Source: a bacterium (lineage in GTDB: Bacteria > SM23-31). From it: a DNA stretch of 64,000 nt. Of this stretch, positions 51,597 through 61,765 are shown in pieces; the stretch's first letter is position 1; every line of letters starts with the position of its first letter. A model generated the notes under the pieces. That model was not told where the DNA came from. It worked only from the letters and a program-made list of their open reading frames with translations, and did no database searches. The stretch spans positions 448,001 to 512,000 of the forward strand of contig OZ252239.1 of assembly GCA_965249485.1 (NCBI GenBank), in the 5' to 3' direction. The translations under genes and the position numbers were made by a program.

Positions 51597-53156
51597 TTAT
51601 TTACTGAAAAGCTTTGAAAACAATCCTTTCTTTTCAAGTTTGAATTCCGCCCTGAGCAATTCCATAGCTTGAATTTTTCTTTTACTTTCCAAGACCTGAT
51701 AAAGTTTTCGCGCTTTACCCCTCACTTCTTCTTTCGACAGACCAAAGGTTTTTGTAATCTGTGCTGCTTTTGCAAACTCATTTTTTTCAAGTCTTTTGTC
51801 GAATAATTCCCATGCAACACCTTTCATTTTTTCAGGGCTCACTTTAAAATCTTTACCAAAAATAAGTGCCCGTTCCAGAAGCTTATTTCGGATAAATTCT
51901 TCGAATACTTCATTTATAATCGGCTGAATCGAATCCATATTCAGATCAAATTCTTTCAGAAGCATTTTTGCTACTTCAAACTTGGCATCCTTTAGCTTTC
52001 TTACTATTGATTTAATAATAGGCGGATTACACTTCTCCGGTGACAGTTGAAACTCAGAAATAATCGCTTTCGCCATCTTCAGGCTTTCTCTGCTGATATG
52101 GTATTCAAACAGTTCAAGTGCAGGTCCGCTGATTTCCTCAGTCGGAATGGAAAATAGATGGTATAACTCAATACCACGGTCAAGATTTTTTGTCTGAAGT
52201 TTCGATTTTATTATCGGAACAATAATAGGATTAACAATTACATCGCTGATCTGAAAAGTTTTTTGAAGTTCCGCAGCTTGTTCAAATTTACCAGCATTAA
52301 CGTTGTTAATTAATGTTTCATTAATTTTATCATCAATATTACTATCCTTAATCTTGTACTTGTGGATGAGTTCCTGTGCCGGTCGGTATCTGTTCGATTT
52401 CATCTTCAAGGTGAACGCAAGAAATACTGCTTCGTACAGTTTATCCTCATCCATCTTGAATTCTGATGCAATCTCTGCGGCATCTTCATACTCGGCTTTA
52501 CTAATTAAGTGATAATAAATATCTTTGATGCTGTTGCCGACCATATCTTTCTTGAGGCCTAATTCTTGTATTGGCCTGTATGCATCTTCTTTTTTCCCGT
52601 CTTTCATAAGGAGTGTAAAGCTTTCGATAAGTGACGGGGCAATATCGTCTGCGGTGAGATTGAAATCATTTTTGGTAGTTATCGCGGAATCTATTTTGCT
52701 CTTAAAAAGCAATCGTTTAAAAACGGGAGTGATTATATCAAGGTAGTGCTCTTTTTTAAGTTGAAACGTGTTTTTGAGCCGCAGTGCCTCAAGCAGATTT
52801 TCCTCACTTACTCTTTGTTTAAACATTAAGAGCGCCGGTTCATATGCAAGCTGTGTGGGCAGTTTGTACTGTTCGATAATTTTTAACGCAGCATCATATT
52901 TCTTGTCTACGATCTGGATATCATACAGACCAGTCGCGGCCTCAGCAACAATCTTTTTTTCTAGACTAAATTCTTTCGCAACCTGAATAATTTCAGTGTA
53001 ATTTTTTTTCTGCTTGAGCAATTCGACTTCTTTAAGAGCAAACTTTTTTGCCTGTCCTAAATTACCAGCCGTCTTAAAATCCTTTGCCTGAATTATTGCA
53101 GGCTTTCCTTCAGTTTGCTCCTGAGATTTACTTTTTTTCTCGTCAGCCATGTTCAA
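51597..53156 (-). CDS. 34-aa tandem-repeat alpha-solenoid protein with C-terminal amphipathic helix
   Basis: 13 ungapped 34-aa repeats plus a partial one; ends KKGLFSKLFSK. Confidence 0.8.
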   Translation of the reverse strand: MNMADEKKSKSQEQTEGKPAIIQAKDFKTAGNLGQAKKFALKEVELLKQKKNYTEIIQVAKEFSLEKKIVAEAATGLYDIQIVDKKYDAALKIIEQYKLPTQLAYEPALLMFKQRVSEENLLEALRLKNTFQLKKEHYLDIITPVFKRLLFKSKIDSAITTKNDFNLTADDIAPSLIESFTLLMKDGKKEDAYRPIQELGLKKDMVGNSIKDIYYHLISKAEYEDAAEIASEFKMDEDKLYEAVFLAFTLKMKSNRYRPAQELIHKYKIKDSNIDDKINETLINNVNAGKFEQAAELQKTFQISDVIVNPIIVPIIKSKLQTKNLDRGIELYHLFSIPTEEISGPALELFEYHISRESLKMAKAIISEFQLSPEKCNPPIIKSIVRKLKDAKFEVAKMLLKEFDLNMDSIQPIINEVFEEFIRNKLLERALIFGKDFKVSPEKMKGVAWELFDKRLEKNEFAKAAQITKTFGLSKEEVRGKARKLYQVLESKRKIQAMELLRAEFKLEKKGLFSKLFSK

Positions 53157-54340
53157 TTTCTGTTTCGATTATACATATATTTTCCGATAGTATCGGTATA
53201 TTTTAAACCACTTCCGGTAAGAAACAGGACAACGGTATCAGAATGCTTTAGGTAACCCGTTGCTGTGAGTTTTTGTGCCGCGGCAAATGCTGCTCCCCCT
53301 TCCGGGGCAGAAAAAATCCCGGTTAGGGCTCCAATTGTACACGTCCCGTTGAGGAGTTCTTCATCGGTAATTGTTACTGCCGTACCACCGCTTTTCCTGA
53401 TTATATCAAGCATGAGAAAGTCTCCAACAGCTTTCGGAACACGAAGACCGGCAGCAACGGTTTCGGGATTGTCCCACTCTTCCGCATGGTCGCTTCCAAT
53501 CTGATATGCTTTTACTATCGGAGCACACCCCTCTGCCTGTACTGAAATCATACGGGGTCTATTCGATGATATCCATCCCATTCGCTCAAGCTCATCAAAC
53601 GCTTTCCACATCCCGATCAGCCCCGTTCCGCCTCCGGTGGGATAGATTATGACATCCGGCAGTGTCCAGTCCAGCTGCTCTGCAAGTTCAAACCCCATCG
53701 TTTTTTTCCCTTCGACACGGTAAGGTTCTTTCAGGGTCGACACATCGTACCAAGACTCGTCGATAATAGTTTTTAAATACTCTCCCGCATCTGCAATACT
53801 TCCGTCGACCATCTCTAAACGGGCACCAAGTGCTGCCGCTTCTGCTTTAAAGGTTTCAGGTGTTGTGCGCGGCATTGTTATGAGAACATCCATGCCACCA
53901 AGTGCGCCATATGCCGCTGCAGCTCCACCGGCATTTCCGGCTGTTGGCAAACATATTTTCGATATGCCGAGTTCTTTTGCCTTTGAAATTGCTGCGCTTT
54001 GACCTCGTGCCTTGAACGATCCGGTCGGATTTAACGATTCGTCCTTGAGAAGCAATCTGTCAATACCTGCTTCTTTTCCCAGCCGGGGTGCGTTAACGAG
54101 CGGTGTAAAACCTTCACCAAGTGTCAGAATATTTTTTGCATCAGTAACGGGAAGAAGTTCTCGATAACGCCACATCGTATGCGGCCTGGTTTTTAAATTA
54201 TTCTTTGTTACGTGTGTTTTAATTTTATCAAGATCGTACCGTACAAAAAGGGGAGCGCCGCACGAACACAAAAAGATCGGTTGTTCGTCCGAATAGGCCT
54301 TGTTGCACCGGGTGCATTCTATTTTTGTAAGATATTTCAT
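53153..54340 (-). CDS. thrC: Threonine synthase
   Basis: MWRY, LGEGFTPL, NPTGSFKARG, TAGNAG, EPYRVEGKKT, YPTGGGTG, TGSGLKY. Confidence 0.88.
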   Translation of the reverse strand: MKYLTKIECTRCNKAYSDEQPIFLCSCGAPLFVRYDLDKIKTHVTKNNLKTRPHTMWRYRELLPVTDAKNILTLGEGFTPLVNAPRLGKEAGIDRLLLKDESLNPTGSFKARGQSAAISKAKELGISKICLPTAGNAGGAAAAYGALGGMDVLITMPRTTPETFKAEAAALGARLEMVDGSIADAGEYLKTIIDESWYDVSTLKEPYRVEGKKTMGFELAEQLDWTLPDVIIYPTGGGTGLIGMWKAFDELERMGWISSNRPRMISVQAEGCAPIVKAYQIGSDHAEEWDNPETVAAGLRVPKAVGDFLMLDIIRKSGGTAVTITDEELLNGTCTIGALTGIFSAPEGGAAFAAAQKLTATGYLKHSDTVVLFLTGSGLKYTDTIGKYMYNRNRN

Positions 54341-54410
54341 GGAGAGAGTGTAGAAGTTGGAGCCGGAACCAGCTCATTCATTGTCGGTATTTTTTGCATG
54401 TGATAATCAA

Positions 54411-55859
54411 TTAGGTTTTCAATGCGTCCAGTTTTCCCCTTAATAGTGAATTGACAACTCCCGGATTAGCCTTTCCCTGTGTTGCTTTCATTATTTGTCC
54501 GATAAAGAATCCAAAAAGCCTATCCTTACCATTGAGATATTCACTTATTTCTTTTTCATGCTGTTGCAGTATATCTTCTATCACCTGTTCTATCGATGAG
54601 GAGTCCGAAATCTGCTCCAGCCCTTTTTTCTTGATAATCTCATTCGGATGATCACCGCATTCCACCATTTTTGCAAAGACATCTTTGGCGATTTTACCAC
54701 TGATTGTGCTGTTTTCAATCAGACGAAGCAGATCGGCAATGTCTTTCGGTGAAACTGAAAACTCATCTATCGACAGCTTTTGTTCTTTGAGCACCATCAA
54801 TACTTCACTGAGTATCCAATTGCTCAGTTTTTTGTAGTCCTTCGTATGTGTTGCTGCATTTTCAAAATAGTCTGCAAGCTCGTGTGTTGATGTTAAAACA
54901 TCGGCATTCTGTTCCGGAAGCAGATAATCGGTTATAAGCCGTTCTTTTTTTGCACGCGGAAGTTCGGGTATACTCTCCTGAATCTGCTGCATCCATGCAT
55001 CATCGATTATAACAGGAATCAGATCCGGTTCAGGAAAATATCGGTAATCATCGGATCCTTCTTTTGTTCGCAATTGGATTACAGTGTTTGAAGCAGCGTC
55101 CCATGCAAGCGTCTGCTGCTGAATCTGCTCTCCGTTTTTAAGCAGTGCTGTCTGGCGTTCAATTTCATATTCGAGCGCTTTTTCAACATAACGGAATGAA
55201 TTAAGATTTTTCAGCTCGGTCTTAACGCCTAATTTCGATATGGTTTCCGGCCTGACCGATATATTTGCGTCACAACGCAGGCTTCCTTCCTCCATGTTGC
55301 AATCACTAACACCGAGATAGAGGAGAGTCTGCTTCAAACGTGTCAAATATTCAAACGCTTCCGCAGGTGAGTCCATATCAGGTTCGGAAACAATTTCAAT
55401 TAAGGGGATACCACATCGATTAATGTCGATTCTGCTCTCATGGACTGCCTCACTACCTTCAGGATGTATCGATTTTCCCGCATCTTCTTCAAGGTGTATT
55501 CTTGTAATCCCTATCGTCTTCCAAAAACCGTTCACCGGTATATCGAGACTTCCGTTTGTCGAGAGCGGTTCCTCGAACTGAGATATCTGATACCCTTTCG
55601 GGAGATCGGGATAGAAATAATTTTTTCGTGCAAAAATCGATTCTTTGTAGACCGTACAGTTTAATGCGAGCGCAGTTTTCATTGCGAGTTCGATTACTTT
55701 TTTATTGACGACCGGTAAAACACCCGGTAATCCGAGACACACTGGACATACATCAGTATTTTGTTCGTTTCCGTATGCATTTGCACAGGTGCAGAATATT
55801 TTCGAGTTCGTACGCAGTTGGCAGTGAACTTCGAGTCCGATAGTTGGAATATACTTCAT
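54411..55859 (-). CDS. gatB: Asp/Glu-tRNA amidotransferase subunit B
   Basis: IGLEVH, RKNYFYPDLPKGYQISQ, HLEEDAGK, LRCDANIS, DYRYFPEPDL. Confidence 0.97.
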   Translation of the reverse strand: MKYIPTIGLEVHCQLRTNSKIFCTCANAYGNEQNTDVCPVCLGLPGVLPVVNKKVIELAMKTALALNCTVYKESIFARKNYFYPDLPKGYQISQFEEPLSTNGSLDIPVNGFWKTIGITRIHLEEDAGKSIHPEGSEAVHESRIDINRCGIPLIEIVSEPDMDSPAEAFEYLTRLKQTLLYLGVSDCNMEEGSLRCDANISVRPETISKLGVKTELKNLNSFRYVEKALEYEIERQTALLKNGEQIQQQTLAWDAASNTVIQLRTKEGSDDYRYFPEPDLIPVIIDDAWMQQIQESIPELPRAKKERLITDYLLPEQNADVLTSTHELADYFENAATHTKDYKKLSNWILSEVLMVLKEQKLSIDEFSVSPKDIADLLRLIENSTISGKIAKDVFAKMVECGDHPNEIIKKKGLEQISDSSSIEQVIEDILQQHEKEISEYLNGKDRLFGFFIGQIMKATQGKANPGVVNSLLRGKLDALKT

Positions 55860-55899
55860 GATTGGAAATCAACTATTAATGGATTCGTATCTTTTGTTA

Positions 55900-57312
55900 T
55901 TATTGCATTTCGAGATATTTCCCGAGTTTGAGCAGCGTTACTTCATCAAAGTGTTTCCCGATCATCTGCAAACCGATCGGAAGGCCGAATGAGGTTTTCC
56001 CACAAGGCACAACCAGACCGGGAAGACCAGCAAGATTGACGGGAATAGTATAAACATCTCCCAGATACATTTCAAGTGGATTATCGATTTTCTCTCCGAT
56101 TTTATATGCAGGAGTCGTGGTTGTTGGCGTGATCAGCACATCGAAACTGTTGAAAACATTCTTGAAATCCTGATAGACGAGTCTTCTCACTTTTTGCGCT
56201 TTTCGGTAATAAGCATCATAGTAGCCCGCACTTAAAACGTAGGTTCCGAGAATAATTCGGCGTTTTACTTCGTCTCCAAATCCGTCACTTCTGCTTGCAA
56301 TATACATCTCCAGCAAGTTTGAGGCGTCTTTATTCCGATATCCATACCGGGCGCCGTCATACCGCGCGAGATTCGATGAAGCTTCTGCATTTGCTATGAT
56401 GTAGTAGGCCGCAACAGAATAGGATGTATGCGGTAGAGAAACCTCACCGATAGTAAATCCATCAGATTTCAATTTTTCTATGGTATCCATTACAGCAGTT
56501 TTAATTTCAGGATCGAGTCCTTCACCGAAATAATCTGAAGGAATTCCGATTCTGATATTTTTAATGTTATCGAGCTTTTCGAGCTCACCAGGATAGTCGG
56601 GTACGGAAGTTTCAACCGATGTCGAGTCTCGGTGGTCGTGCCCTGCAATAACTTTTAATAACTCTGCAACATCTTCAACTGATTTTCCGAGCGGGCCGAT
56701 CTGGTCCAGCGAGGATGCGAATGCAATGAGGCCATAGCGTGAGATTCTACCGTATGTCGGCTTTAATCCGACCACACCGCAAAATGCGGCTGGCTGCCTG
56801 ATTGAGCCGCCGGTATCGGTCCCGAGTGAGACCGAAACCAGGTCTGCTGCAACGGCTGCAGCTGATCCACCGCTTGAGCCGCCGGGGACCCTCTCAGGAT
56901 CTACCGGATTACGCACAGGCCCAAAATAAGAGTTTTCATTTGATGAACCCATGGCGAATTCATCCATATTCAGCTTGCCGACAATGACGGCTCCTGCTGC
57001 CTCAAGCCGTTCAATTGCAGTTGCACTGTATGGAGAGACAAAGTTTTCTAAAATACGCGAACCGCAGGTGACTTTTTTCCCTTTTATACAGAGAATATCT
57101 TTAATTCCGATGACACAACCTGCAAGAGGGGGTTCCTCCCCCGTTTTTATTCTGTCATCGACGGCTTGTGCTTGCTTCAAACAATCATCGTTGAAAACAT
57201 CTAAGAAAATGTTATACTGATCGTTTTTCTCTATTCGGCCTAAAGCCTCTCGGGCCAATTGTTCGCATGTTGTTTCACCATTAATAACAGAGCGACGTAA
57301 ATGTTTCAGCAT
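55900..57312 (-). CDS. gatA: Asp/Glu-tRNA amidotransferase subunit A
   Basis: NMDEFAMGSS, PGGSSGGSA, DTGGSIRQPA, EASSNLARYDG, EVKRRI.LGTYVLSAGYY. Confidence 0.97.
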   Translation of the reverse strand: MLKHLRRSVINGETTCEQLAREALGRIEKNDQYNIFLDVFNDDCLKQAQAVDDRIKTGEEPPLAGCVIGIKDILCIKGKKVTCGSRILENFVSPYSATAIERLEAAGAVIVGKLNMDEFAMGSSNENSYFGPVRNPVDPERVPGGSSGGSAAAVAADLVSVSLGTDTGGSIRQPAAFCGVVGLKPTYGRISRYGLIAFASSLDQIGPLGKSVEDVAELLKVIAGHDHRDSTSVETSVPDYPGELEKLDNIKNIRIGIPSDYFGEGLDPEIKTAVMDTIEKLKSDGFTIGEVSLPHTSYSVAAYYIIANAEASSNLARYDGARYGYRNKDASNLLEMYIASRSDGFGDEVKRRIILGTYVLSAGYYDAYYRKAQKVRRLVYQDFKNVFNSFDVLITPTTTTPAYKIGEKIDNPLEMYLGDVYTIPVNLAGLPGLVVPCGKTSFGLPIGLQMIGKHFDEVTLLKLGKYLEMQ

Positions 57313-57448
57313 GTTTTTCTACGTATATACAAGATTGAAAAACTGTGAGGTTCAATTCCTGAATCTAATATGTACAGAATTTCTGGAATTGTTCGTGAGT
57401 TTCAAAACTACCGGACATAATGAAGAGTATTCGTAAACGGAAGAGTAC

Positions 57449-57649
57449 TTATTGCTGGTTTTTCGAAGAAGAGTTATCCTCTATTTCACCGCTTACATCA
57501 ACATCTTTCTCAAGCTCATTCGTTGCTTTCTTGAACTCCCGGATTCCCTTACCCAGACCTCTTGCTAATTCAGGAAGTTTTTTACCCCCGAAAATTAGTA
57601 AAAGGGCCAGAAAGATAACTATTATTTCTGTATGGCCTAAACCAAACAT
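57449..57649 (-). CDS. tatA: Twin-arginine translocase TatA/E
   Basis: [23 protein letters not shown]. Confidence 0.95.
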   Translation of the reverse strand: MFGLGHTEIIVIFLALLLIFGGKKLPELARGLGKGIREFKKATNELEKDVDVSGEIEDNSSSKNQQ

Positions 57650-57738
57650 TTTAAGCTCCTTTAGTGAAGCACTGTGCTTATAAAAAGTAATACGTCGTTA
57701 ATTATTTCAATTACTGCATCAATAATATTCAAAAACTG

Positions 57739-57999
57739 CTATCGGTACCATCGAAGTATGTATACTGCTATGGCAATTCCGATGATCCCGGCGATATTTA
57801 ATGTAAAGGTGAATCCGAATGTTAATGAAAATATTTTTAAATTTATAAGCGTCGGAGTAATCTCCATTGATGCCGATCTGAGAAAGAACTCCTTGACGAC
57901 GCCTTCCGGCAGCAAATTTGCCAACTCACCTATTAATGATCCGACAATCGCTCCTAAGAATATATATAAAATCAATATACGATAACGGACATTACGCAT
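57739..57999 (-). CDS. DUF4321-like small membrane protein
   Basis: GAIVGSLIGE ... INLKIFSLTFGFTFTLNIAGIIG. Confidence 0.7.
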   Translation of the reverse strand: MRNVRYRILILYIFLGAIVGSLIGELANLLPEGVVKEFFLRSASMEITPTLINLKIFSLTFGFTFTLNIAGIIGIAIAVYILRWYR

Positions 58000-58056
58000 G
58001 TGCTAATCATCTCTCAACATACAAATTTTGTGAACTCCGGCAAGAAGGTACATTTT

Positions 58057-58800
58057 TTATAATTCTTGTTCGTTATCAATTGGGACTTCTACCTTTTCAC
58101 TTGTTTCTTTAAATTTCTGTATTACACCTTCGACGACTTCAATGATAATGTAGAGCATGGTCCATGGAAAGAACCAGATACTCGAATTGATAATAATACT
58201 GACAAAGCCTGCTATATAAAGGGCAGGTTTGATATTTTTCTTCATATTCTTCTGCGGTATGAGCGATGGGATCGGATCAAATTTTATTGACGATACCATA
58301 AGTAGTGATAATACCGGAATAAGCATCAACAGGACATGGACCATCTTAACCGTATCCCAAAAATAATGCGCAAAAAGGATAAATGACGTAATAGCAAGCG
58401 CCGCAACTGGTATGGGAAGTCCTTTATAACTGTTCTTTTTTAGGCTTTTGGTATCAACATTGAACCGTGCAAGACGGAATATTCCAGCCATGATATAAAT
58501 AAAGCAGAAAAACACACCCCACAAACCTGATGTGCTGAAGTTCGATTGATAGACGAGATATGCAGGTGCAACACCGAATGAAATAACATCGGCAAGAGAG
58601 TCTAGTTCTTTTCCAAAGCTTGAGTAAACTTTTGATAGGCGTGCGAGTTTTCCGTCTACAAGATCGCAGAAGATCGCAAACACAAGACACCAGGCTGCTG
58701 TTGAGAAACGGCCGTCCGAAGCATAAATAAGTGCCAGAAATCCTAAAAAGACATTGGTCAACGTAAAAAAATTTGGCAATGCTGAACGTTTATTCTTCAT
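58057..58800 (-). CDS. pssA: CDP-diacylglycerol--serine O-phosphatidyltransferase
   Basis: PNFFT, DLVDGKLAR, GKELDSLADVISFGVAP, RLARFN, GLPIP. Start MKNKRS overlaps the psd stop. Confidence 0.93.
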   Translation of the reverse strand: MKNKRSALPNFFTLTNVFLGFLALIYASDGRFSTAAWCLVFAIFCDLVDGKLARLSKVYSSFGKELDSLADVISFGVAPAYLVYQSNFSTSGLWGVFFCFIYIMAGIFRLARFNVDTKSLKKNSYKGLPIPVAALAITSFILFAHYFWDTVKMVHVLLMLIPVLSLLMVSSIKFDPIPSLIPQKNMKKNIKPALYIAGFVSIIINSSIWFFPWTMLYIIIEVVEGVIQKFKETSEKVEVPIDNEQEL

Positions 58801-59443
58801 CTGTATATCTTCCCAGCACGGATATTCCACCCCGTACTTTTTGTCTTAATTTGATACAAACTTCTGTATTGAGTGGCACAAGCACATCAACACGTGACCC
58901 AAACTTGATGAGACCACACCGTTCACCCTGATTGACTGACTTCCCTACTTCGGCAGTACAGACAATTCTTCGTGCAATGAGTCCGGCGATCTGCTTGAAC
59001 AATACTTTCCGCGTTCCGTTTTCGATTCCGATAATTGTCTGTTCGTTTATCGTAGAAGCCTCTTCCTTAAGAGCCGCTTTAAACTGTCCAGGCAAATATT
59101 TGAAGAAGACTATTCTACCGCTGCAGGGATACCGATTGATGTGCACATCAAACACGGTTAAAAAGACCGAAATTCTTCTAATTTTTGCCTGGAAGAATTC
59201 CGATTCTTCTTCCTCTTCTATTGCAACAACAAATCCGTCTCCGGGCGAGAGAATTGCGTTTTTTTCGGTTACGATTTTCCGTTCAGGATCTCGAAAAAAA
59301 AATGCAAAAAACAAAAGTGCCAACGCACACAGTGCCGCACACAACAATAAAATGTTATTATTGAGCAGGACACCAGCAATGCTGATAATAATCCCTGTTA
59401 TACCGCTCCAAGCTACATACTTTATTCCATCCCGTGCCATCAC
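58790..59443 (-). CDS. psd: Phosphatidylserine decarboxylase proenzyme
   Basis: FFRDPER, SPGDG, DVHINR, QIAGLIARRI, KFGSRVD. Confidence 0.93.
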   Translation of the reverse strand: MMARDGIKYVAWSGITGIIISIAGVLLNNNILLLCAALCALALLFFAFFFRDPERKIVTEKNAILSPGDGFVVAIEEEEESEFFQAKIRRISVFLTVFDVHINRYPCSGRIVFFKYLPGQFKAALKEEASTINEQTIIGIENGTRKVLFKQIAGLIARRIVCTAEVGKSVNQGERCGLIKFGSRVDVLVPLNTEVCIKLRQKVRGGISVLGRYTDEE

Positions 59444-59624
59444 AGTATCGTCAGCTAACCTGCATATATATTTAACAAATTAAGACGTGGAAATAACCTC
59501 TTCAGATTCAATAAGATATTCGTTATCGAAATGAAACGCAAGAAAAATCTTGTTCTATCTTCGGAAGATCTGTCCCCGTTTTAATGTTAAAATGCATCAT
59601 CTATACTCGCAATCAATCGATTTG

Positions 59625-60332
59625 TTACGCCTTCAGAATCCGATCTGTAAGTATAGTGTAAACTTTATCGGCACCTCCGGCCCCCTTGCTTAAGCGACTT
59701 ATATCCATTTTTTTATTTGTTTCAGCATCCCAGAGTATGCAAGTGTCTAACGACAACTCATCTGCAAGAATTGTTCTGTCTTCGTGCCTTCCAAATTCGA
59801 GTGAAAAATTCGCTAAAATGAATGTCCGCCTTTGAAAATAGGAGCGGAGAACCGCATTGACTTTAATTGCAAGTTTTGAAAGTGCATCTATCTCTTCACT
59901 GGTTGCAATTTCCAATGCATAAGCGTGGTATTCGTTTATCAGCGGATCTTTGAGTTTTTCATCTTTAAGATAGAACTCTATAACAGGCGTTTTCAATTCT
60001 GTCCCTTCGGCAAATCCAAACCGTTTACCAAAATCTCCAGTAGCGATATTGTGGACAACAACATTTATTCCGATTATCTCAACTTTTTTTACACGCAACT
60101 CGGTGTCACCCGTTTTTTCGATAAAATGGTTTGGAACATTGTAGCCGTCCAAATATTGAAACAGGTGTGCCGATATTTCAGCATTTATCGAGCCTTTTCC
60201 TTTGATTGTACTCTTTTTACTCCCGTCAGATGAGGCCACATCATCTTTAAATTTTAAACTGATTTCATCTTCTTTATCGGTTTGAAGCGCAATTTTTGTT
60301 CTGCCTTCGAATAGTATTGACTTTTTACTCAA
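59625..60332 (-). CDS. purC: PurC (SAICAR synthetase)-like protein with degenerate active site
   Basis: Full-length PurC fold (EG.TK, FKDD, KG.IN, HFI, EFYLKD..DP, LEFG, LADE), follows purB, RBS GGGAGG with TTG start. Both signature motifs are altered. Confidence 0.75.
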   Translation of the reverse strand: MSKKSILFEGRTKIALQTDKEDEISLKFKDDVASSDGSKKSTIKGKGSINAEISAHLFQYLDGYNVPNHFIEKTGDTELRVKKVEIIGINVVVHNIATGDFGKRFGFAEGTELKTPVIEFYLKDEKLKDPLINEYHAYALEIATSEEIDALSKLAIKVNAVLRSYFQRRTFILANFSLEFGRHEDRTILADELSLDTCILWDAETNKKMDISRLSKGAGGADKVYTILTDRILKA

Positions 60333-60450
60333 AACATCCTCCCATCTTGAATGGTTCGAATGGTATGATTCGTTCTTCTATTCACCATTCCATGATCCTG
60401 ATAATTGCTATATTCCTCAGCCATAATCGTGATAGTGTATTGCATTTTAT

Positions 60451-61743
60451 CTAAAGGCCAGCTCTGGTGAAGATATAATCGATATTTCTTGTGAACCGGT
60501 CCATAGAGAAGCAGGACTCTATTTCCTCACAACTCAGCAGATTGAGCACGTCTCTATCTTCTTTCAGATTTTCTTTAAAGCTTGAACCGGTCTCACGTGC
60601 TTTCATAGCGTTTCTTTGTACCAACTCATAGGCTTCCTCACGTGTAATCCCTTTGTCGGTGAGCGTAAGCAATACTCCTTGAGCTTGAATCAGCTCCGCA
60701 ACGCTATTGAGATTTCTTTCCATATTTTCGGGATACACGCGCATATTTTGGACAATACTGATAAATTTCGTCATCATATAATAGATAAGGTTCGTGCTGT
60801 CAGGCAGGATAACCCGCTCAACTGACGAGTGTGATATGTCTCTCTCATGCCACAGTGCAATATTCTCAAATGCGGCAATAGCATTTGCTCTGAGGAGACG
60901 TGCCATACCTGAGATGCGCTCGGTTATAATCGGATTCCGTTTCTGCGGCATCGCAGATGAGCCTTTCTGTTTTTTGCTAAATGGCTCTTCAACTTCATTA
61001 ATTTCTGTTCGTTGGAGATTGCGTATTTCGGTACTAAACTTTTCAAGGGATCCGGCAAGAATAGCAAGAACACTGAGATATTCTGCATGCCGGTCTCGCT
61101 GAATGATCTGGTTTGATACCGGGGCAGGTTTCAGAGATAATTCTTCGCAGACAAGCCGCTCAATTTCGGGATTGATGTAGGCAAAGGTTCCGACTGCTCC
61201 TGATATTTTCGCGTAGGAAATCTGTTCAACTGCATGTTCAAAGCGCTCACGGGAACGTTTGAGCTCGGTGTACCACAATGCAAGTTTCAGACCGAAGGTT
61301 ATCGGTTCAGCAGCAACATTGTGTGTTCTTCCCAGCATGAGCTGGTATTTATACTCACACGCACGCTTACCAACCGCTTCGATCAGTTCGTCCAGCTTCG
61401 ATATAATCAATTTTCCGGCATCCCGACACTGGAGTGCGAGCGTAGTGTCCAGAAGGTCGGACGAAGTCATGCCGACATGGACATAGCGCGATTCGGGACC
61501 GATATATTCCGCCATATTTGTCAGAAATGCAATGACATCGTGATGAATTTCAGCTTCAATTTCATTAATTTTCTTAGCGGAAAAATCTGCTTTTTCTTCG
61601 ATTACCCGGAGTGCTTCCTCAGGAACATTACCGAGTTTCGCTTGTGCTCTGCATGCCGCAATCTCAACCATTTTCCAGTAGCGGAACCGATTGTCATCTT
61701 TCCAAATGTCATCTATTTCAGACACCGTGTACCGTTCAATCAT
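60451..61743 (-). CDS. purB: Adenylosuccinate lyase
   Basis: MIERY, HDVIAF, TSSD, GRTH, KGSSAMPQKRNP, HERDISHSSVER. Confidence 0.97.
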   Translation of the reverse strand: MIERYTVSEIDDIWKDDNRFRYWKMVEIAACRAQAKLGNVPEEALRVIEEKADFSAKKINEIEAEIHHDVIAFLTNMAEYIGPESRYVHVGMTSSDLLDTTLALQCRDAGKLIISKLDELIEAVGKRACEYKYQLMLGRTHNVAAEPITFGLKLALWYTELKRSRERFEHAVEQISYAKISGAVGTFAYINPEIERLVCEELSLKPAPVSNQIIQRDRHAEYLSVLAILAGSLEKFSTEIRNLQRTEINEVEEPFSKKQKGSSAMPQKRNPIITERISGMARLLRANAIAAFENIALWHERDISHSSVERVILPDSTNLIYYMMTKFISIVQNMRVYPENMERNLNSVAELIQAQGVLLTLTDKGITREEAYELVQRNAMKARETGSSFKENLKEDRDVLNLLSCEEIESCFSMDRFTRNIDYIFTRAGL

Positions 61744-61765
61744 TTCTGCTTTCTCTCCTCATTTT

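Noticed and set aside
57345..57362. AGG-TTCAATT-CCT resembling a tRNA T-arm
   Set aside because: No acceptor stem, D-arm or anticodon arm can be built around it.
57313..57649. gatC missing upstream of gatA, with tatA in its place
   Set aside because: No room for gatC here, but to my knowledge an unlinked gatC and tatA-gatA adjacency are common in FCB-group genomes.
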